A stretch of DNA of 63,033 nt, the filler included, from Folioceros fuciformis (lineage: Eukaryota), in assembly GCA_049999805.1 (NCBI GenBank). It is 6 parts of 6 records of this genome, joined end to end, with 100 filler letters (N's around TTAATTAATTAA, not from the genome) between each part and the next. Parts side by side here need not be neighbours in the genome. Positions count along the whole stretch, not along the records: positions 30,655 to 57,829 come from JBNGIO010001640.1; positions 57,930 to 60,825 come from JBNGIO010001641.1; positions 60,926 to 63,033 come from JBNGIO010001647.1; 3 more parts are not named here. One strand, written 5' to 3'. Positions 52,054 through 63,033 of this stretch are shown here, in pieces (positions within the stretch are counted from its first letter, which is position 1; each line of letters starts with the position of its first letter). The position numbers and the translations under genes are program-made. The notes beneath the pieces are model-generated. The model was not told where the DNA came from. It did no database searches and saw only the letters and a list, made by a program, of their open reading frames with translations.

Positions 52054-53220
52054 ACTTGTTAGAAACATGGGTTAGACTCTAGGGGTTCAGGTTTAGCCCC
52101 CCGGTTGTCGATCATGGTAAAGGTCTAATGGGGAATTCCTGATCGCGTCTCTATCTCTAGCAGGACGAAGAAGCATGACACTTCTGTTTAGGGACACCAG
52201 AGTGAAGTCTTGAAGCAGCAGAGACTGAAGATAGGAGGGTGGACCAAGCATTGGCACAGCCACAGTTTCCGAGATTTCATGCCGCAGGTTTTCAGACAGT
52301 TTGTTTACCATCCTCGCCTGCAAGCCAGTCACGGAAGTGCTGGCCCCTTCCCGTGAAGAATTAATTGCAAGATTTGTGCACAACAAACCCTTGTTTAATT
52401 CGAACCAACCTATTCTGTTGCCCACTGATTGTCTGGTGCAGCTTCCTCGTGATATATTCGTAATATGTAGATCTTAACATGTGTATGCCATATGAAAGTC
52501 AGAAGACCACTAAGTAGTAGTCTGGTGGTAGGTATGGTAGTCGGTGACAACAGAGGATCGGATCGGTCACAGGTAGCCTAGTCGCTAACGTGTTGAGGAC
52601 GGAGAGGTTTCGTTGGGAAGGTCCCCTTGGAATTACGATGTCGGTTTAACCAAACATCCAGCTCTGCGAGATGTAGGGCACTGCAGGCCCTCATGCTTTG
52701 CCATCCTGCTGTGTACCGTGATCTGATGCAGTGCACTGTCGTGGTGGGACTGTCCGGTGTTCTCGAGAAGAGGTGATCCATCCGGGTGAGCTCGAGGTCT
52801 TCCAGGCCTGTCGGGGGACAAGAATTGCTTGGCCAGCCATAAATGCGGCAACCTGCGGCCTGTAGGGTTGAATATTTCTCTGTATCTGATCGTGGTCAGG
52901 CCTCGTTCGTTGGAGCTCTGCGGTCTACAGGAGACGCAGTTTCCACTTGTGTAACGCCGGTGGTACACTTCGGGGCCTCCACGACAAGACGCAGACTTGG
53001 CAGGGTTCTGACCTTGAGCTGGAATTGCACACCGTAGACTCCTCCTGGCGCTTGTGAAGAGTCGAAAAGAGGAAAGACACCCAACGACTTTGCAAATTCT
53101 GGGGTTTTGAACACTCTGCGAGGCACTGGATAGAGGCTGCTGTTGTCACGGCCTCAAACTGTCAAGGTTCTCACGGGGGAAAGGTCTTGTCGCATACATT
53201 GCAATCTCATAGCTCACAAC

Positions 53221-56197
53221 ATGGACGAGCGCAGGAGTCGATCGAAGCGGCATGGAAAGCGATCCTCCAGGAGGAAGCGACACGGATCCACGTCTGGCTC
53301 CTCTGATTCCGAAACCAGCCGCAGTCGGAGTCGAAGCCGAAGTCGGAGCCGGGCTCGTAGCCGGTCTCCGACGACGATCACTGAGGACGATATTCGGGAG
53401 TATTTGGCTCGGAAGGCGCAGAAAAAGGTATGGTATGGTTGCAGGCGCAGGGAAGTTTGAGGTCCGCAGGCACTCTACCCCTTGCTGACGCTCACCCTAC
53501 TTCCTCGAGGCTGCAGGCGCTGAAAGTGGCCAAGAAAATGAAGACGATGACAGTTTCAGGCTACTCTAACGACAGCAATCCCTTCGGTGACTCCAACTTG
53601 ACGGAGAAGTGCGTGAGGGCTGTCCAGCTGCTGTAGAAGGCTCGGGGCCGGGAATTGCGGAAATGCTGATGTCTCCTTTTGCTGCAGGTTTGTGTGGAGG
53701 AAGAAAATCGAGAAGGACCTTTTGACCGGCATGGATCCCAAGGAGTTGTCTCTCAAAGCTGAGAGGAAGAGGCAGAAGGAGCGGATGGTCAGTATTGGGC
53801 TTCAGTGAGAGGGTTTGGTTGTTCTCATGACACCGACACGTCATACTTACAAAACGAAGGTGTGGTGTTTATTGTTCTTTTGGTGCAGTCTGAGATTGAG
53901 AAGGTTAAAAAGAGACGAGAGGAGAGGGCACTGGAGAAAGCTCAGCATGAAGAAGAAATGGTATGCGAGTGGGCTAGAGTAGGTTCCTTTCTCGTTTCTT
54001 GTATGGAGACAGTGGTTAAAAACATTGTTGCTCTTGGCAGGCAATGCTTGCGAGAGAGAGGGCAAGAGCCGAGTTTCAAGATTGGGAGAGAAAGGAGGAG
54101 GAAGTAAGTGATCTGTTTCTGATGGAAATGTGCAAATACTGTTTACCTTATGAGACAACCTATAACACGTTGATGAACTTGCAGTTTCATTTCGAGCAAA
54201 GCAAAGTCCGCTCAGAGATTCGTCTACGTGAAGGCCGTGCCAAGCCAATCGACATACTGTCAAAAAATCTTAACCTTTCGGATGATTTTGATGTGGAAAT
54301 CAATGAGCCCTATAAGATTTACAAGGTATGTTTGTACTGGACGTCTTGCACACTTCAGCGGTGCCTGCTTCATCTGTGATACCCACTTTTGTCCAGTGTT
54401 CTGAGAAGGGTACATTAACAGGGTCTCACGGTCAAGGAGATGGAGGAGTTGCGTGTAGACATCAAGATGCATCTGGAACTTGACCGTGCAACACCAACAC
54501 ACATTGAGTTTTGGGAGGTGAGTTTCAGTGGTTTATGATTGGCTGGTGTTTGCCGCCTGCCACAGGAAGGCAGGTGGTCCATTGGTGTAATTACCAACGT
54601 ATGTTGCAGGCTATGATGGTGGTCTGTGATTGGGAAATTGGCGATGCCCGGAAACGGGACGCACAAGACCGTGCACGTGTAAGGGGTGAAGATCCTCCTC
54701 CAGAGATAGTTGCTGAAGATATGGGTCTACATGCAAGTGTTGACACCGCTGTGAAAGAAATGTTGCTTGGCAAGAGCTGGTACGAGCTGGATGATTTACA
54801 AACAAGTATAGAGGCGAAAATGAGGAATGGCACTGCCAAAGTAGTGGAGTACTGGGAGGCTGTCTTAAAGCGCCTCCACATCTTCAAGGCTAAGGTGTGT
54901 TAAAAGTTGGTTCTAGCTTGTGCTTCCACACTTTTCTTCGATCTCAACGTGACCCTGTTCTCAACCTAATTCTTGGGTTCTCAGGCAAGACTCCGAGAAA
55001 TACATTCAGATTTACTTCGGCAGCACCTACAGAGATTACAAGCTTCAGAAGAACGAGATCGTCAGGCAGTGCAAGATATGGATGAGGGGGATCATTATCC
55101 TGAGAAAGCTGAAGGTCCTGAAGGTAAATGTCAATTGGCTTCGTGCTCTGTGGACTATGTTGGTAGTGGGTGTGGCTTTAACAACCTGAAGGTGCAGATG
55201 TGCGACCTTTCTCTCCTGAGCTGGTTAGCTCTGCAGAAGCTAAGGAGGCAGATGAGGAGGCAGGTTCATTTTCGCCGGAGCTTGTTCATGACTATAATGG
55301 AGAAGAAGTGGTGGATCCAGAACATGACAAGGCCGAGTTGGTATGCTTGCTTAACTAATTTATTCCAGCTGTTGAAAGAATGCTTCCCAAGTGGACTGTG
55401 GCTAAAAGACCTTGATTCATGCTTCAAAACTCTAGGATCGAAAACGAGCTGAAGTGTTGGAGGAGCAACAAAGGAGGATGCAAGAGGCTGCAGCAGGGCC
55501 GCCTCCGGCGGATGATGAGTTTGAACTAACTGGTCAAGAGAGAGCCCTGGTGCTGAAAGCGATGGGAGGTATGGAGGACGGGGATGCTATTCTTGGCTCA
55601 GGGGCTGAAGTAAATTTAGAGTCTCAGGTAAGATCTTTTCAGCCAGCTTGGTATTCAAAAATGTCTTTAGCCTCACGGCGTTCTAATGCTCCATCCTTGT
55701 GCCATCCTTAAAGGTTTATTGGTGGCATGACAAATACCGGCCACGCAAACCGAAGTACTTCAACAGGGTTCATACTGGGTATGAGTGGAATAAGTATAAC
55801 CAAACCCATTATGACCATGACAACCCTCCACCTAAGATTGTACAGGGATACAAGTTCAACATCTTCTATCCAGACCTGGTTGACAAGACAAAGGCACCGA
55901 CATACTGTATTGAACGAGATGGGAGTACTGGGGAGACGTGTTTGATTCGATTCCATGCAGGACCACCATATGAAGATATTGTATGTATCTTTTGCTGGGT
56001 TATGATTCTTAGTCTACCTTTTTCTTGACTCATACCAGATGTACAACATCTGAAACTCCTGGTGTCCCCTTTTGTAGGCTTTCCGAATCGTGAATAAGGA
56101 GTGGGAATATTCGCACAAGAAGGGATTCAAGTGCACGTTTGAGCGAGGCATCTTGCATGTTTATTTCAACTTCAAGCGCTACAGATATCGGCGCTAG
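53221..56197 (+). CDS. CACTIN: Cactin (spliceosome-associated)
   Basis: RS-rich N-terminus, GYSNDSNPFGDSNL, RLREGRAKPID, KYRPRKPKYFNRVHTGYEWNKYNQTHYD, FHAGPPYEDI and ...FNFKRYRYRR*. Confidence 0.96.
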
Positions 56198-57829
56198 TGA
56201 GATGGTTGAGTACGAAGCCAACTTCATGGGAAGCTTATGATGTTCAGGATGAGGCTGGGTGCTGCAATGCCTAGCTCGTTATACATGCCGTGTTGGGATA
56301 CTCTCACCATGTAACAAGGACAAGTTGGTGCCAGCTTCAGGCGTTTTCCGTGCTAAGTGGAAGCCATCAGCGAAGAGGTATCTTCCGTGTTCGACTGTGT
56401 GATGTGAGTTCTCTTGAAGGATGAGGGGCCTCGGATTCCGAAGCCCCCTAGAAGACTCAATCTAGAACATTGCTTTCTCAAAGTCAGAAAACGGATCTGG
56501 TTTAAGATAGTCTTGAAACTCCGCACTTGTTATTTTATTCGCTGTGGTCTTTTTCCTTGTGCTCTAAGCCTGGTCGCGAGTTTTAGGAGGACAACATCTT
56601 AATTTTATTTGGAGATCTCTGTTTGGCTTCTGGTTTTTAGGGCTTTGGTCTCTTGTGCATACTTGCTGAAAGTGCAAACTTGGTAGGTACTTCCAGCGGT
56701 TCTACTGCAGGACAAGGTGCTGCTTTGTGACAGCAAGTTCATTGTTTTGATAACAGAGTACTTGTACCTTCACAACAAAGCGGTGTGAATTGTTGGCATA
56801 GCTTCTGCTTGACCTAACGATTCTAGCCAGGTATGCTAGGGCTGCTAACTTGCACGCTGTTTGATGCGGGAGGTGGAAGGATGGGTGATCATGTATCTGA
56901 AATCTTCATTCAAACCATGTTTGAGTTTGTTGCGCCTTGCGGTAGCTGCCCTGACTCTGCCTGGTTTTCTAGATATTGTTGGTGCGCTAAGCATTGTTTT
57001 CGCGTGGCAGGACTCTCGGCTCCGGTCACACCATGACTCCGCTGAGAAGCGCTAATACCGGGTTATTGTCAGTTCCGACTTCTTTACAATTAAGTTCTGC
57101 AGCCTGGTCATGGGCAATTAAACCCTGCTTGGGGTTGTGGCCGGGAATCACTCGGATGTGGGGACTGCATTTCTGATCCATCAGGAGTTCGCTGCAGCAC
57201 ATAAAGGCGCCCTGCTGTCCGGTCCCAAGGGACCTTGCTGTTTGACTTTTCGTAACTGAAAGTCCTTTCTGGTACTCGGGGCGGAACTGGATCCCGTGCA
57301 ATCGTACAGCCGTCCGTAAAGTTAGGATTGTGCGATTTCATCGACGGATGAGTGGTGCTCTGACAAATTTGCCACGTTGCGACCTCGTCAACTTGTGTCG
57401 CACATATCGCACTCCCCTTATGGTTGTCGTGGTCCGTGAGGATCCTCCCAACCATGTCCGTCGGAGGATGCATGATTCTCTCGCCGAATGGTGTGCATCC
57501 TGACTTTTTCCAACGAAGGAAAAAACATAGGCACACACGCAAGGTGAGCTAATAAAGGTACTGATCGTCGGCCAAATTTCTGCAGGTATCATCTCCAACA
57601 GCGTTGTCCAGGCCGAGTGTGGGATTAAGCCATCAGTGAGCAGACGCGGCATCCGCCATCCCGTGTTCTTGGTACGTGAGCAGCGTCGGGAAGCTGGGTT
57701 GCGCGTTGTTGGAGCAAATTCAAAGAGAGAAGCAAATTCAAGTAACATGGAGAACGGAAAGCGGGAGCTGGAGCTGGTGCATCCTGGTTACACTGGCCCC
57801 CCTGTGAAGATACCATTGCTGGGGTTGGG

Positions 57830-57929
57830 NNNNNNNNNNNNNNNNNNNNNNNNNNNNNNNNNNNNNNNNNNNNTTAATTAATTAANNNNNNNNNNNNNNN
57901 NNNNNNNNNNNNNNNNNNNNNNNNNNNNN
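57830..57929. other. Artificial contig linker
   Basis: N44-TTAATTAATTAA-N44. Confidence 0.97.
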
Positions 57930-60825
57930 TGAATCATGTCAGGATACCTGTGGGGCTTGACTCGGAGCCAAACAAACTGGCCAACGGAGTAGTTGACGTC
58001 GCGTTGGTGACGGTTTGCTGTGATGCAAGTCCGGTCTTGTGCTGCTTGGAGTTTTGTTGAGCCATCTTGGCCTTGTGCCAAATGTCCTCGGTGATTTCAA
58101 CAGCGCTTCGCCACTTGTCTTGACGGTTGGGCCATAAGCCTGAAGGTGGGGGTGTCTCACCATACAGGAGTTTGAAGGGAGTAACCCATGTGGCTGCGTG
58201 CTTCAAGGAATTGTACGCATACTCCAATAAGGGAAGGAGTTCCTCCCACTTCGTCTGCTTCTCGTGTGTGACGAAGCATGTCTTCTAACACCTGATTCTG
58301 CTTCTCTGTCTGGCCGTCCGTCTCTAGGTGATAGGCTGAAGACATGTTCTGTTTGATGCCTAGTGTGTCCATGAAGTTCCGCCAAAACCCGAAGGTGAAT
58401 TTTGCATCCTTGTCCGACACAATGTCCTCTGGTGTTTCGTGTAATCGGAAGATTTCACGAACAAAAAGGGTGGCCAGTTTGGGGGCAGTGATGGTCGAGG
58501 TGACTGGAATGAAGTGGCAGACCTTGGAAAACCTATCTGTCACCACCCAAATGCTGTCCTTACCAGAGCGGGTACATGGTAGGTGTGTAATGAAGTCCAT
58601 GGCTATTGACGGCCACTGTGGATTTGGAGGGGTTGGAGTAGACCTGGGTATTTCTGACAGCTAGGTTTGGCTTGTTGGTAGGATTGACAGGAGTGCACCT
58701 ACTCTATGCAATCGGAGCGCATGCCTTCCTAGTGGAAATGCTCCCAAACCTTGGCATAGGTTTTGTCAATACCCAAGTGCCCCGAGATTGGGGAATCATG
58801 CACATAATGGAGGATGGCCTGTTTGACAGCAGTGAGCTAGGAGGGGATGACCAACCGGCCCTTACGATAAACACAGGCATCCTTGAGGGAATAGAGTTGG
58901 GTAAGTGCTGTGGGAATACTTGTTCCTGCATCTGCTAAGAGATTTTGATACAGCTACCACAACTCTAGGTCTTGAGGCAATCCATCCCGGACTAACTGCA
59001 CCGTTTGGGACTGTGTGGTCATGAGTGTGCAGGCTCTCCTGCTCAAGGCATCTGCGACCACGCTAGAAGTCCTAGTGACATACTTGATCCCGAGGTCAAA
59101 ATCCGCCAGGTATTCGGCCCACCTACACTGTCTGGAGTTGAGGTTGGGTTGTGAGAAGAAATGTTGCAAGGAGTGGTGGTCTGTGTGACACACCACCTTC
59201 TGGCCTAAGAGGTAAGGCCTCCACACCTTGAGAGCGTGGGTGATTGCCAATATCTCTTTGTCATGTATAGCGTAATTCAACTGTGCCCCTTGCAACTTCC
59301 TGGATTCGTAGACAATAGCTCGACCCTGTTGTGACAGTACTGCACCCATAGCAAAATCTGATGCGTCTGTGTGCAGGGTGTATGGGGCTTGGGGGTCTGC
59401 CACCGCTAGCACGGGAGCCGACCTAAGGGCTTGCTTGAGCTGTTCAAATGCCTGGATAGCCGCTGGCTCCAATTGTAAGTGTTTGGTGGTTGAGTGCCTG
59501 AGGGCATCCGTTAGGGGAACAGCTATCTTACTGAAACTTTGGATGGAGCGGCGGTAAAATCCAGCCATGCCCAGGAACCCACGTACTTTGTGTGATATCT
59601 TGGGGTAGGGGCCAGTCCACCACGGCTTTGAACTTGCGGGGATCTACCCGGATACATGTTGCACTAATGATGTGGCCCAGGTATTCACAATCTTGCCTCA
59701 TGAAGTCACACTTACTTCTTTTGGCCAACAACTTGTTTGCACGTAGCAGCTCAAGTACCTTTCTGACCAAGGTGTAATGTTTCTCTAGGTCAGGTGTGTA
59801 TATGAGGATGTCGTCGAGGAAAACTTCTACGCCGTGCCCCAACAATGGTCGTAAGATGTCTTGCATGAGACATTGGAATGTTGCAGGTGCGTTTGTCAAG
59901 CCAAACGGCATGACCCTGAACTCGAAGTGGCCATGTCTTGTGCGGAAGGCAGTTTTAGACTCATCCCCTTCCTTGATCCTGATCTGGTGGAAGCCAGATC
60001 TCAGATCAATCTTGGTAAACCACTTTGCACCATGAAGTTGGTCCAGGATCTCATCGATCCTCGGCATCTGGTAGACATTTCTGACTTTGGCCCGGTTGAG
60101 TCCTCGATAGTCAATGCATAGTCGCCAACCACCATCTGGTTTGCCAACAAGAAGGACTGGAGCTCCGAAGGGGGACACTGAAGGGCATACAAACCCTTTC
60201 TGTAGAAGTTCGCCTACTTGTTTTTTTATTTCCTCGTTTTCAGTGGCTGACGTACGATATCGCTGGATACTGATGGGTTTATGGCCTGGCAGGAGCTCTA
60301 TGGCATGGTCGATAGGACGTCTAGGGGGGAGTTTTGCTGGTTCGGTGAACACATCTTGGAACTCCTGTAGTAGTGACTTCATGGTGGGTGGTAGGAGTTC
60401 CTCATGAGCCTTGGCTTCTACAGCTCTGGACTCTGGGGTTCCTTCTAGGGGTAAGACTTTTTTCAGCTTAGCTACGTACATGAACCTGCCAGAGGCAATG
60501 GCTATATTGAAAGCAGATACTGCAAACAACTAATTGTCGGGGGTATATTGTTCACCCTGCATGGTGTATGTCTTGTCCCCCTTTGTAAGACTCACTATGT
60601 TAGACAACTAGTCTATGTCTAATGTGTGGGTATGCTTGGCCAGCCAGGGCTTACCAATAATAATGTCATGACACAAGGACGACATTACAGTCAGCTTGAA
60701 GACTTCTGCAAAACCACCTGGGAAGGTGACTAGTGCATCAGTCCACTCTTCCTTGCTGGTTTCATGCTCGCCCAATGGTGTCACTACTGTGGACACATGT
60801 CCTGAGGTACGGATCTGCAGGCCAA
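57930..60825 (-). mobile_element. Ty3/Gypsy LTR retrotransposon pol fragment, degenerate
   Basis: Protease tail (DIIIGKPWL), RT (WRLCIDYRGLN, KIDLRSGFHQIRI, VMPFGLTNAPATF, FLDDILIY), RNase H (HTDASDFAMG, DALSR) and integrase (MDFITHLP, ETDGQTE) in RT-RH-IN order, with frameshifts and stops. Confidence 0.95.
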
Positions 60826-60925
60826 NNNNNNNNNNNNNNNNNNNNNNNNNNNNNNNNNNNNNNNNNNNNTTAATTAATTAANNNNNNNNNNNNNNNNNNN
60901 NNNNNNNNNNNNNNNNNNNNNNNNN
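60826..60925. other. Artificial contig linker
   Basis: N44-TTAATTAATTAA-N44. Confidence 0.97.
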
Positions 60926-62122
60926 CCACACGTTGCAAGAACAAGGATGGACTCCACCGGCAGAATGCCACACTGGCAACATCGAATTAATGTCAAGTCA
61001 CTCTCGATCTTTCTCTAATAGTCAACAGGGAAGAACAAGTGCGCGAACGAGAAGAGATGAAACCGTTGATCTCGTCGTCTCTTCTTCAAGCTTGAGTTCG
61101 GCACTTCGTTCAAGCTCTGCACGAATGCATGGAGGACATCAAACAACCACGCGTCCAGGCGCCTCACACTGTGGCCGTCCCCCCAAGATTGCTTGTGAAT
61201 TTGCTCCAAATCAAGAGGAATTGGACTCTGGTCTGCTGGTGCAGGATCAGCACGATGTTGCTTCAATTCCTAACTGCATTTCAGATGTAAGATCGCCCAT
61301 CCAGGGCGCACGGATCCATGCAAGAGTCGCCCACAATTGCACATCTGAAGCCGAGATTTGGACGGGCGCGCCGGTGGCTGGAGCGGATGCTACGGGTGTG
61401 CCCGTGGGTGGAGGAAACTTGCCCCCGCGCGCGGGGGAGGAGCCGGGATGCATAACTGCCCCCGTTCGCCAACCGGTACAGCCGGTATCCAACTTAAGTT
61501 GGAAACCGGAACGGGACGGTGCACCCGTTCTTCGAACGGATGCGACCCCCCGTAATGTGAACGGTCCCCATGATTATGCTCCCAATTTCTCTACTTATAA
61601 TGCTTCTGGTGGTGCTTTAAAATCAGAATTTCTTGGCGATTCTTGTGGAGTTCCTCCTCAACCTCGACGGTTCCTTGCATGCGATGCGTGCCACCTAAGC
61701 ACGATTTCCAATCAAACACCTCCAAGTTGACGCCGACCTTGGTAGCTGTCAAAGAGGAACCCAAATCTCTGACACACGGCTTTGAGGCCCTAGAAGCTGC
61801 TTATACCAAATATAAGTACAACGAGGCTCCATCCCAAGCTTCTACAATGGAACAGCGCTCACAACACTATCATAAGCTTTGGGAGTCCATAACCAATTTG
61901 GTGCACGACGTGGAAACTGTGCGCAAACTTGAGTCTAGCTTCGATCGTGACTCAATTCCGGAGAGCTCTCAATTGCTTTAGTTACCGGACAGTGGTCCAT
62001 AGGTGGTTGATGTGACATACACAATATTTTCTTTGACATACTCTTCTACTCTGACGTTATTCTAAGCCTTGTGTTTTAACGCAATACTTGCCTAACTCTC
62101 TGTTGAAGACTAAACCACAAGA

Positions 62123-63033
62123 ATGTCCGGGACAAGTACTCCAATGACCTCTATCCCTCCATCTATGGCACCGGTGATCAATGTTATGAACGTTTCCACC
62201 GACTTCAAAGAAAAAGATAGGTTCAATGGGACCAAGTATGAAGTTTGGTCTCGGCGGATGAAGGTGGCACTAAATACGCGCGATCTTCTTCCACTCGTGG
62301 AAGGAACTTCCTCCAAGCCTTTGGCACCCCCGTCGGCTGTCGAAGCTTGGTTAAAACTTGATCGTCAAGCCATGCATATGTTGATATATGGCCTTGACGA
62401 GACTACGTTACACCATACCGATGGTGCAACTACAGCAGCAGAAGCATGGAAGCAGATAAATGACATTTATTAGTCCACCAATGTGATGACCCTGGTCACT
62501 GTGCGGCAGGAGTTTTATACTCTTTGTATGCAATCAGGCGATAGTATTGCTCACCATGTGAGTCGATTTCGTTACCTCCGGGCACAATTGGCTGCACTAG
62601 GCACTGCTATGTCTGAGTTTGATGCTGCTGTACAATTGTTGGCTAGTCTTCTGGCTAGCTATCAATCCTTTGTCTCTTCACACAACCAGTCGGTCCGTAA
62701 CTCTCAGCGAGCAGTGGCGACTGGTGGTCACTCCACTCTTACTGTGTCCGAGATTGCTGGAGCACTTCTGTAAGAGGAGGCTTCTCGCTACAATTCTGGC
62801 ACATCTAAGCATGGTGGTGAACGCGTGATGTTTGTTACCCAAGGCCGGTTTCAACATCAGCCTAAGAAAAGAGACAATACCACAAAACGGATGCCTTCCA
62901 ATAGTCATCCCAAATCCACTTCTTCTGCCTCTACCTCCAAGACCCAAAAGCGCCAAGGTACTTGTAATTGGTGTCTAATTCCGGGTCATTGGGAGAGGGA
63001 GTGCAGGAAGAAGCAAGCTGGTGAGGCTAAGAG
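62123..63033 (+). mobile_element. Ty1/Copia gag, defective, runs off window end
   Basis: FNGTKYEVWSRRMKVAL, UBN2-type gag and CNWCLIPGHWERECRKKQAG. In-frame stops at 62471 (TAG) and 62771 (TAA). Related to the element at 28843. Confidence 0.9.

Noticed and set aside
56994-57829. Short ORFs downstream of cactin
   Set aside because: No recognisable motifs or consistent exon chain.
60933-61730. 265-aa ORF upstream of Copia gag
   Set aside because: TTG start at a contig edge and no recognisable domain; it cannot be supported as a gene.
28843-63033. The two Copia pieces as ends of a single element
   Set aside because: Both contain gag and the zinc knuckle, are clearly diverged, and lie on different linker-separated pieces.

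Overview
Eukaryotic, gene-dense plant nuclear DNA with short (~70-130 nt) GT-AG introns. PLS-class PPR genes of the DYW:KP and DYW:WW types point to a seed-free land plant, most plausibly a hornwort (inference). Five identical N44-TTAATTAATTAA-N44 linkers join six pieces, so adjacency across them is unproven. Genes: a plastid class I fructose-bisphosphate aldolase, a three-copy array of secreted PQQ-type beta-propeller ('polyvinyl-alcohol dehydrogenase-like') genes whose third copy is broken and carries a pogo/Tigger transposon, a TTI2-like gene, an F-box/LRR gene, an aldose-1-epimerase family gene, AP-4 beta adaptin, a frameshifted WW-type PPR gene, a GNA/B-type lectin, RPN7, cystinosin and cactin. 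There are also Copia and Gypsy fragments and several tandem repeats. The highlight is an intact, intronless PLS-PPR gene (47191-49716) with a KKPA box, HAEK...CxDC and a C-terminal GRP instead of DYW, making it a native candidate U-to-C ('reverse') RNA-editing factor. Exon boundaries and family calls were read by eye, not by database search.
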